From Chrysomallon squamiferum (Eukaryota > Animalia > Mollusca): DNA of 64,000 nucleotides. Below the pieces are notes generated by a model that saw nothing but the letters and a program-made list of their open reading frames with translations, was not told where the DNA came from and searched no databases. This document shows positions 37,181-48,900 of the stretch, one piece after another. The position numbers and the translations under genes are program-made. Within the stretch, counting starts at the first letter, position 1. The number at the start of each line of letters is the position of its first letter. Location: the NCBI GenBank assembly GCA_012295275.1, contig CM022674.1, forward strand, positions 10,354,001 to 10,418,000. Reading direction: 5' to 3'.

Positions 37181-38809
37181 ATGGCAGTCGAGGGTGATTG
37201 CAGTTTGTTTTCGGACTGTAAACATTATCGTTTATCAGTAAAAGATCTGCCAGAAGAAATTCTAGAATATATACTTTCACAGTTATCACCATATCAAGAT
37301 TTAAAAGCAGCTAAGCTAGTTTGCAAGCAATGGCATCGATTAGTTTTAGGTAACTACGGACGAATGATAGTTGTCAACAGTTGGCTGAGTTTGCCGGAGT
37401 CGATTTTGGAACTTAATATCTGTCGAAACCATTTTGGTTTAGAATTAGAAAATAGATTTGTGTGAATGCACAATTCAAACCATAGTCTGAAATTTGAATC
37501 TTTTGTTCGTTTTGTTTTTCTTGACTATAGCCGCATTATGCATATATGAATATAAATAAGAAAGCTTCTGCTAAAATACGCTGTTGTTGCCACTCGACAA
37601 AAACCTCTGGCAGAGTGCTGATAGTATATAATCTCTTCAGTATAAACTGCAGAATATAGCCATATCTTTGATTAGATTACGTTAAATACAGTTTTATTTA
37701 AGAGATTTTAAATAAATGTATGAAACTAAATAATTAAATGTGGAGGAAAATAATCTCTTTGGAACATCAGTTGGCAGATTAAAACGATTTCTAAAGATAT
37801 CTGTATCAAATACCTTTTTTTTTTATGTTGCATTAACAAATAAATTAAAATGAATTATTATTTTTTGTAGGTGTAACGGAAATGATGCAGCACAGTTTTC
37901 GCTATTCACTGAGAGAATCAAAGACAGTGTGGACACAGATACTACCAGCAGCACAAGGTCCAACAGAACGTTATTCTCACTGTGCTTGTTACTTTGACAA
38001 ATCCATGTACGTGTTTGGTGGTTGTACACTGAGTAACACAACTTTTAATGACTTGTGGAGATTTGACTTAGCCACACGTCAGTGGATTCGACCATTAGCA
38101 ATGGGTTGGTATTCCTTTCACAGAGATACAGTGTTTGCTTTTTAAATTTTGTTTCTGCTCAGGTATTCATATGAACATGTTATTATTATTTTAAAACTGT
38201 GATGAATCAATAGCAGATCAACTGGTCGTTTTGTCTGATGTATCAGGTAAAGTCATTAGACATTAGTTTATCTATATAATAATGCAATATTAAGTCAGTG
38301 TATTTTAAACATAGTATTTATTTTTAATACTTCTGCTTTTTTGCATTTGTTTTAAAATAATTTCTTTTTAATTTCTTTTATTTATTTATTTTTTAATTTT
38401 AAATTATTATTTTCATTAATATATATATTTTTTAATTACTATTTTTAATTTAATATTTTTTTTTTTTTTTTTTTTTTAGAAGAAGTATTTTTTTGGAAAT
38501 AATATGTTTAATAACAAGAACTAATTTTAATAGGATCCTATCCCTGTCCGAAGGCGTGTGCCTCAATGATTGTGTACAAGGATAGTTTAGTACTGTTTGG
38601 TGGGTGGAGTCATCCTACCCCTTTTCCCTTACATCAGGTAGGTTTTTATTTATATAACTGTTGAACATATGAATACAATACTCAGAAATAAAGCAATAAA
38701 GCATCATTTATTATTTATATGCTGCTTATAGTCATAATTTAAAAAGAAATGTCAACACCAGTCAATGATGTGTTGTTACTTATTTAAAATTTGTAAAAGA
38801 TTTTCCTTA

Positions 38810-38850
<41 letters not shown>

Positions 38851-41578
38851 TCACAGACTAAATAGATAGATAGATAAACACACTAAGTAATACTATACTG
38901 TTGTATGTTATTGAATCATATAATGTTGTGTTTGTTTATAATCGCCATGTTTCAGGCCGACCGGTTTTTCAATGAGCTCCATACATACAACCCAGAAGCC
39001 AACCGCTGGACACAGCTAAACAGTGTGTCAGCAACTGTACCAGAGCCAGTGGCTGGTCACTCAGTGTCCATCGTACATGACACAATGGTGGTCTTCGGAG
39101 GATCTCATGTACCAGCAGCAGGGTAATGTTTTCTTATTATAATCTATCTGTTAATACCATTGTTAACACAGGTAAGTGGTTGAGGTGAATATTTAGAACA
39201 GTTAAAATTAAATATTTACTGATTACATTTTGTTTTTGTTGAAATCTGTTGTTTCTTCTTCTTTATTTAAATTCACATTAAACAGTATTGAAATATTCTT
39301 TTATCTTCATTTTAGCTATGACTTTATGTTTATAACATTGTTATTTAAGGTTTATTCAGTAATCTTTTTTATTGGATTATTATGTTTTAATCTCTCTCTT
39401 TTTAATATATGTTTTGTTATTTTAGTCATCTTTCACTGTTTTGCTTTAATTATTGTTATTTGTTTACAATGTTTGTTTAATTTTTTTAAAACACTGATAC
39501 CAGATTAGTATTAGTATTATAAAGTAATGAGCTGTCATTGTTATATCAGTGAGTCACAAATATAACTTTGTATTTCCTCTTTTCATACAGAAGCAATGAT
39601 GTTTGGATTTTTGATTTCATACATTTGTCATGGAAACTGCAACCAATAGCAGGACCCAGACCCAATATGAGATATGGCCAGTCACAAGTGAGTATGTGCA
39701 GAATTCACTCTGACTGTTCTGTGTGTGTGTGTGTTATCTTTTCTTTCTTTATTATTTCATTCTTGATTTTTAATTTTATTCACTCAAAATTAGAAGAAAT
39801 TGTTAATGAAAATAATTTGAATTGATTTTCTTGCAGACTACAGTTGATGATGAACACATTTTGATTCTTGGTGGCTGTGGTGGACCAAACCAGGTTAGAT
39901 TAAGAATTTTCTTCTTTCTACAAATTCTCTTCATATCTTGTGTTTTCAAAGATAAAGCCTACTTCATATTTAATATTTTCTGCCATTTAGATAGAGATAA
40001 CATAAGAGATTTTATAAGTTACAGAATCATTTGTTTAGTTTACTGTCTTTTTCCAGTTCTAGTACTTTATTAAAACTTTATGTATAAAGTTCAGTATCAA
40101 ATGAAATATACTAGTTTTTTAATTCAGCTGGTTTTCTTCTTTTATATATGTATTTTCTTGTAATTTAGAAAAAAGTTTCTTTTTCACAATTTAGATTTTC
40201 AATGATATTTGGTTGCTATCTCTGAATGATCGAGACTGGACATGGGTTGAGGTCAAAGTTCAAAACAGTGAGTTTGCTGCCACTCAACTCTGGTGTCACC
40301 CAGTGTGCAAGGTTTGTTTTATGACATGATGAATATTCATGAAAATATTGAACAATACCAAAAGTATTTCACGTTTTATAATGTATTTACAGATCAGCTA
40401 TTCCTTAGTAATGAATTACAGTTAAACAAGATCTGCTTAATAAAATTAACATTAAATAAACATTATTAATTATATTTTGTTTTGTGTAGTTTAGGTCAGT
40501 CATCTAAATCACTATTTATCCAGTAACTTAAAAACTGTAGCAGGTTTATTCTAAAAACTACTGATAGTTACTATATACCAATGTGAATTATTGTAGATTA
40601 AATACTTTTTTTCTGTAGTGATGTTATTAAACAAAAGTATTTTTAACTTTGATTTTGTTATTATTGTAGGTTGGTGACACTCTAGTTATTTTAAATAAAC
40701 CACCAAAACTGAGTGAATCGCCAACACTGACATCATCCCAGTCCCTGCAGTCTAACCAGTTGATGTCAGCGAGACAGGCTGAGGTTCAGTACCAGATGTC
40801 AGCAGATGTCCAAGGTAGACCAAGACAGTTGGGCAACAGAGAAACTCAGTCAGTGAGACATGGAGACAGACCAGGAGGCAGAGCAAATAACAGAGGACAG
40901 GAAAATCAGCCAGGTGGTCTACCTGATGTTGGTAGAGAAAATCAACCAGGTCCTTCATATGTACATCAGCCAGAAAACGTGGTTAGCCATGGTGATCAGG
41001 AAAATGCTGCAAGATCATTAATTAATGTACAGGGAGGAAATAGAGCAGGAGTTTCAGGTTTTCAGAAACCAGGAATTGTATCAAATCAGGACAGTTCTAG
41101 CATGGATCATAGGGGTGGGACTCTGAACCTAAGACCAGGCCCACCCTCAGTGAAACCAAACTCCATGCATGATCGACAAAAACAGCTCGACTTGTTGCGT
41201 AAATACGAAGAGAGAATCCGACAACATAGAAATCCCTCCACCTCATCGATCACAGTTGCAAGATCAAACCCTAGTTGTGACAGTTTTTTTCGAGAACCAC
41301 GAATACCTATGTGTCTCTACTTACTTGACATCAGCAGTGTCGCCCAGACACAGACAACAACATGGTTGTGTCCAAGAGAAACTTTTGTCTGTAATAGTAA
41401 TGATGACAGATCTATCACAATATTTTATTCTCTTGTTGAGGGCCGAGCTGAGCTGATTTTGTTTGGAGGAATTCAAATGGACTTGTCATCAACTCAGAGA
41501 AGAATGGACATGAGCTCAAAATCTCATCTTGTTAGTAATAACCTGTATGTGCTTCATGCTTGTAAACCAAAGTTCTGA
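37181..41578 (+). CDS. FBXO42: F-box only protein 42 (F-box + Kelch repeats), ~617 aa
   Basis: Exons 37181-37349, 37871-38104, 38534-38637, 38956-39122, 39591-39687, 39837-39893, 40195-40311, 40670-41578, all phase-consistent. F-box [26 protein letters not shown]; Kelch motifs [56 protein letters not shown]; C-terminal [16 protein letters not shown]. Confidence 0.96.
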
Positions 41579-41595
41579 TATCCAGCCACACACAT

Positions 41596-42320
41596 ATATA
41601 AATAAATATTACTGATATGCTGTGAGATCCTCTTTAAGTTTTATATATATATAAAACTAACAATAAATATCACTGGCATCATATTAAGGTTTTTATATAC
41701 GATAATAAATCTCATCATCATGCTGTGAGAGAGAGTTAGGTTATTTATATTTGAACTATAAATCTCACATATATCACACACTGCTTAGATTTTTATATGT
41801 AATTAATAGTACATGTCACTGACAGTGTGAGACTGTTTAGGTTTTTATATATAAACATAATAAACATCACTGCCATTGTGTTGTGAGATGCTGGTTAGGT
41901 TTTTTTTTTATGTAGATAATAATAAATATAGAAATTGTGCTGTGAGATACTGGTTAGGTTTTATATGTAGATAATAATAAATATCACAGACATGTGAGAT
42001 ACTGGTTTGGTTTTTTATGTAGATAATAATAAATATCACAGACACTGTGCTGTGAGATGCTAGTTAGGTTTATCATATAAAACCTAATAATACATATAAC
42101 TGATGTTGTGAGACAGTGTTTAGGTTATTTACATATAATAATAAATCTCACTGACATGATGTGAGACTGTGTTTTTAGGTGTATATGTAATTAATAATAT
42201 ATAATTACTGACGTGAGTGTGTAGGTTATTTATATGTAATAATAAACATGAGACACATTTCAGGTTGTACATTATAACTAATAAAATAGACTTTAGGTTT
42301 TATATGTAAATAATAAAACT
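41596..42320 (+). repeat. Degenerate ~50-65-bp minisatellite in the FBXO42 3' region, most units carrying AATAAA
   Basis: Recurring AATAAATATCAC...TGTGAGA...TTAGGTTTTATAT; 11 AATAAA hexamers between 41601 and 42317. Confidence 0.85.
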
Positions 42321-44649
42321 GGCATCAAATTATGAATTCCCATATAATGGATTATCTTTTGAGTTTAATTAACATGAACTGTTGTTATATTTGAAAGAAA
42401 ATTAATATAGCTGAACAGTCTCACAAGAGTACTAGTTTGTATATGTTGTGTGTATAAATGTGTGTGAAATATTTCTTTTCATGTATTTATGTGTTTAATG
42501 TGAAATTTAATGTTTTATTTTTATATATTTTCATTTTAAATAGTGAATTTTAGTTAATGGCAAATGTTTTTGAAGGAAGAAACTAATTATTTTTAATATA
42601 GTATTTTTACACAGACATATTTTTTCCAGCTTTAATTTTAAAAAAAGAAAAGAAAAAAGTAATAATAATAATGCAAATTGAATTACCTTCAGAACAAATT
42701 TTATGAAAGTTGTGAAGATTATATTTTAAAATGAAACTTTTTAAAACATTAGTTCAAATGTTTCTGCTTTTTCAAAAACAGTTCAATAATATCAGCAGGC
42801 TGAATGAAAGTTTACTCTTAATTTAAGAAAAAGAAAACAAGAGAAAAAAGAAATCACAACTGATAATGTTTGAAAAAAATGGAGGAATCAATTTTGCCAG
42901 TGATTAATACCTGTATGTACTGATACAATATTGGTTTATACCATATACTGACTTACTTTTAAGTAATTATTTTATTTACCTTTAACAGCCAATTTTTTGT
43001 GCTGGGATCTTGGTAAACAAAGAAACAAAGCTTTAGGACCTTTCTCTTTATCATTTTAATACCTTTCTTTCCATGTAATGTAAATCCATTTAAAGTTTTG
43101 CTGTCTGTGAGTAATGACATTTTGGTTTCATAATTCCTGTTTTATGAATTACCACCAGGAATGAGTAAGTTCACAAACATAAGGTGCTCCTATAATACTA
43201 CTACTACCAATTTTTTTAGATTATATTAAACTAGTTTTAAATGATTAACAGAAACTTGTGGTTTTAATTACTGTTCTTCGTGTACTAAACCAAATATTAA
43301 AATAAATAAATAAATAAGAACACTAAGCATTAATATCTAAATTCATTGAGCTGTTGTTCATTCACTCTGCTGTGCACTGGCTTGGTTAGAATTTAACACA
43401 CATTTTCTTTACTGAAATTTCTCCTTTTAACACTCAAACTCATATATAAATACAAAATTACTTTCTAAAAACTTTATTACCAAGAAATAAAAAAGGACAA
43501 AACTCAGTGGATACACTCAAATTTATTGACCTAAATATCCATTAAAAAAAATGTAAATCAAAATAATTCTTATTTCTAATAATAAAAATAAATACAATAC
43601 AAATATAAACAAGAATAAAATATTGCACATTTTAAAGTGTTAAAAACAGAAATATCACAAAATATATCGTATACAAATTTTTAGACATGATTATTTTAAA
43701 AGAATATATATAACTATTGGTGTAAACTAATTTCAAACAATAATGTAAATAAGCATTGCAAGACAACAATTAATAAAATTTGCTTTCAAAAAGAGTGACG
43801 TTTGGATTCTTGAATTATTTACTAGTATCAAATTTTTAAAATATTATATAGATAGGACAGTGCTTCATGTACTTATTGATATTGTTTAAGCACAGGGTAG
43901 CCAACTAAATCCAAGCATCCTTCTTATTCTTTTTTCCCAAAATACAAGACAACATTTTCCTACTCTTTACTGGTACAAAATATGCTACAAACATTTTTTT
44001 CCCCATGATTAGTGTGGTATCTAGGATTTAAGTAAAGACTGTCAACTACATCCTGCAATGTGTGTATCTGTTGAGGAGAAAACAAGTGAACTTCCATTTA
44101 CATCAATATTAGCTAAGTACAGATGGACAGAAGAATCGCAGTTGAAAGTTACATCCCAACTGAATTATGAGAAAGATAACAACAATAAATATAAAATTAT
44201 CCCAGATGTAGAATCAATAGATGATTATTTGGATATATGAGGAAAGAGAAAACCTACAGAGAAAAGTAAGAGATTAAAATTAAGTGACTTCAAAACCAGG
44301 CAAATTTGCAATTAAAAAAGAGAGAAGAAATTATGTAGAGTACTTCTGAATACAGCTGTTAATGAAGGAAAATCTTGAATAGATTACAAGACACACTTCA
44401 AACTTCAAAGACATAATTAAAGTACTCAAGAAGTGCTTTGCCACAAATTGTACTGAAGAACTTATACAAATCAATTAAGATAAGTTTGAAGACAACCAGG
44501 TAAATCCTCGCTGGAGCTGAGCTGGGACAAACCACACAGCATTTGCTATTTTTTGGCTTATCCTTCTGTGACTCATGATATTTTGGATACTTTAAAGACA
44601 GTTTTCTGAAATCTTTGATATGATTTACTGATATGGAACAATGAAATAC

Positions 44650-45000
44650 AGAGACACTTGTTTCTCGATTAAGCATGAAGATTAATTTCCTGAAACAGAT
44701 GCTGATCTTGGAAAATCAACAAAAAATTAACCTTAATATAAACAGAAGATGTATGACCAAGAAAATTAAATCCACAGAGTTTCAGGATGGGTTCATGAAG
44801 GAAATGTCAGAATGTACGATTATCCCTGGTCCTATAGTGCTAGTTAAGAAGAAAAATGGAAGTAGTGTATAGATAACAAGAACACTATCTACTATCAGAC
44901 CAGGTGAGTACATGGAAATGGAGTTTCTACAGTGGTTAGACAATTCATCAATGCCCAACACTATCATGTGGCCTTCTCCAGATGTCTTCACAAGTCATTT
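44650..45000 (+). mobile_element. Highly decayed Gypsy-type reverse transcriptase fragment
   Basis: EMSECTII..PIVLVKKKNGS..CIDNK (44801-44880) resembles the Gypsy RT N-terminal motif SPIVLVKKKDGS.RFCIDYR. Stops and frameshifts; the relic may extend upstream to ~44050. Confidence 0.5.
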
Positions 45001-45943
45001 CTGCCAGATACATGCAGTGTCCATTCCTACAGAAGTTGATACAAATGTTTAAAATTTCATTCATGTGATATATCTACATCACATTCTGATACTATCAATG
45101 TAGACTTGATGACATACTCCAAAGGTATGTTGTCTAAGTCAAATCAATGTTACTGGCACTGACTAGTTTTGCTGAGGAAGTCATCTCTCTAGATCTAGAA
45201 CAATAGTTTGAGTATTTTGTAATAAAAATTGTTAAAATGCAGAAAGATCAACTGGTTTGACTAGTACATGGTACTTTCTAAGATGGATGTCTAACAGATA
45301 TAGAACACTGTGTTGGTGAAATCATGGCAGCAGCAATATCAACCAATTACTGTTCAATTCACTTCAAGGATCCACAAAAACAGTGCACTGAACTGATAGA
45401 ACCTGTGAGACACTGCAACACGAACTACAGAAGATTTGCCTTTTACAAAATCTTCTATATCTCAGAAATAAGAAAGAACATGAAAATGTTCCGATTAAAA
45501 TATACACATTTTTAATTGAAATAAAAAACAAACTAACTTTTCACGAGAACAGGCCCTTCATTATTATTAAAAATAAGTTTTTAATTTGGTCTGTCATTTA
45601 ATTAATAAATACTTTTTCTCTATAATTTAACATTTAAATGAAAATGAATGGAATGTGCATGAGTTATTCAAAATGCTGTTTATCAAAACTATTTATTTAT
45701 TCATATGCTGTCCAATATTCTGGGTCAAATCTCCATGTTTCAATCACTATAGTTTAGGAAAATATGACAAATTGTCATACAAATATAACTATGTGGGAGC
45801 AGATTAAAAGATCTTGATGTGTGTGTGTGTGAGTGTGCGAGCGCACGCGTGTGTGACAATATCATTTAGCATAATTAACTAAGTATACAGAATTTCATAT
45901 AATGTCATTATAATAGTGAAAAACCCTGAAAACATATACACAT

Positions 45944-48900
45944 TCACAAAGCCAAAATCTGTATAAAATTTGCAAGTATTAAACAAAATACAGGTATGGA
46001 GATTTGTTTTTCACTGTGACTAAAAACATTGGGGTCAAATTTAAAACAGTTTGAACCGTCAACCACTTTATAATTCTGAGCCTCACAAAATGCTGTTCCA
46101 TTCGGGTAATGTTCACCTAGAAACAATCAAAATGATAATCCAGTTAAAATCGCTAGCAGTGTTTCTTTATGTCAGATGTATAAACATGAAAGTATGCATG
46201 CGTGACACTGATGTTCACACACACACACACGTGTTTATATATCTTTCAAAATGCAAATGTAACTAATGGCCTAAAACTAAAGAAAAATAATAATTTTATT
46301 CTTAAAGATTGTTATTTAATTAAGTGAACGTCCAGAAAATAGTATATTAATAAATAAAAAAATATATATGTCTGTCTCTCTGTCTCTCTCTCTCTCTCTC
46401 TCGATCCACACAACATATATATATATATATATAAATATATATGAAACCACACTTATAAAAAGTACTCACCAATGCTTTCACCATTGTAGGATGCTGTTTT
46501 GCATTCATCATAGAGGGTGTCACAAAAATCCATACACACAGACAGTTTTCTGAAAAATTACATTATTTATAATAAAGTCATTAAATTAACAGGGCAAACT
46601 TTTTTTATTATTAATATTTTTATTTAAATTATTTAATAATCATAAACATGATTAAATCTATGACATCTCATGTATCATAATGCATCTTTATTACAGTAGT
46701 TTGCATCATACATGTCCACTGTAGAAAATTTGTAAATTCTTAATAAATGACACATGATACTGAATGTACACAAACACTGATAAACAGAAATACAGATGTA
46801 CACATATACACACACACACACAAACACAAAAAAATACAAAATCAATAAAATATGAAACACACATACACACACATACACAAGCCCCCCCTAAAAAATCAAT
46901 AAAATATGAAATACACACACACCACAGTATCATGAGAATGTATAGATACACTATCACACACACACACACACAATATACATCACTGAGATGCATGTGATCT
47001 GTGTGATTTGCCAATCTGTGCTACCTCAAGATCATGCTGCACATACTCATGACTGGAAAAACACCTGCAATCTGGAGATCACCCAAGACAAGTCAATTAG
47101 CACTAACAGGAAAGACTCTGTTAATTTTCACAACACTAGAAGACATTTTAAAATATGTGGGCTGCCATATAATTCACACCTAACCATGTAACTTGTTGTA
47201 CACTCTCATCATGGAAATAGAGACCTGACTGATCAGTTTCAAATGTAATTTACTTGTCTACCGTTTTTTTTTTTTTTTACACCCTTCACTCAGAAGTTCT
47301 TGGATATATTTTGTTTAATGATCAGATTTCCGGATTTAATTAAATCCTGGGGACTTTGTGACGACATTCATTACATAGGTTCTCAGTGACATTTGGGGAG
47401 ACCTGAAAAACACTTTTATCCATGACCATATTAATTGTTTCTTTTCAGAATGTAAGTCAAGAATATCTTCAGATATTAGAAAATATGAAATGTTTTTTAA
47501 TTTTAATAATATGGATCTTCCGACACTGAAAAAAGCAAAGACAGAAAGAAAAAAAATTGGAATTTAATAAATTTAGTGCTTTTTGACACTTCCGACATTC
47601 ATTTTATTCTAAATCTTATACATGGATGCAAATCATAATTATTAATTTGATAATAAGTAAACAGGTGTTTTCAGGTTTTTAGTTTTTATCTTATTTAGCT
47701 ATATGTTAATGAATTATGGTTTCCAAAATTAAATTTTACTGTTGGGTCATTCCGTGTCAAATCCCCCCCCCCCAAAAAATTTTTTAAACCCGACCGTCTC
47801 AGATTTTTATAAAACTTGGTATACTTTTGACTGGGATCCCACAGCACCAAATCTGAAATGTTAGCCCAATCAGACCAGTGGTGTGGGAGATATGGCCCAC
47901 CGAATTTTGAGATTTTTGCCAAAAATGGGTGTGACCACCATCCTTAGAACCCTTATATCTCAGGAACTACTGGGCCAATCTTCATAAAATTGGTATTGTT
48001 AGAAAGGCAAAATGACAAGGATTCCAAATCTGCCATTTTTGTTTAGTTTGGAAAATATTGGAGTACCTTGACCGTTTGACCTTTGCTATGACCTTGAAAT
48101 TGACGTGATCTTGAGATGACCTTTATTGAAATTTAATCTCCCATATGTTAACTAAAACATATAAAAGTTTCCTGGGTGTAATTTTTTTGTTTAGCCACAA
48201 TATAGATTTAAAAAATGCACATACATGAAAATAACACCTTTTCAGCCATTAACATCTGATTAACTAAAACCTGAATGATCAAATGGCAGATTTGGAATCC
48301 TTGTCTTATTGCTAACAATAGGATTCCAATTTTAATGAAGATTGTTTTTCTGTCCTTTCTAGTTGCCTTTGAATGGAGATGACAGGACTTTTTATTGACA
48401 GAATAGAATTCAAATCAAAGAAACAACAACCAGCGGTTTGTGGGTTATCACCAAATTCTCCCATTGTTTTAAAGCCATCCTCTGCAGGTAATCAGGGTAA
48501 TCAGACAGTCACAAAACTTGTCTCCTGGCACTAGTGTCTTTGGAGGAAAATAAGTGCCCATGCTAACAATTCTTAAAGGTGCTTGCTTTCTGATTAAGGG
48601 GATCACAACAGTTTTTCTACCAATGATCAAGAGAGATGGTGATTCCTAGCATCCAGAATTGATCATTCAGGTTTTAGTTAATCAGATGTCAATGGCTGAA
48701 AAGGTGTTATTTTCATGTATGTGCATTTTTAAATCTATATTTGGCTAAACAAAAAATATTACACCCAGGAAACTTTATATGTTTTAGTTAACATGCAGGA
48801 GATTAAATTTCAATAAAGGTCATCTCAAGATCATGTTCCACACGGTCAGTTTCAAGGTCATAGCAAAGGTCAAAAGGTCAAGGTACTCCAATATTTTCCA

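Noticed and set aside
47330-47403. Possible extra minus-strand exon in the folate-receptor-domain gene
   Set aside because: Has an acceptor but hits stops in the usable frame; the four-exon model is already complete and in phase.
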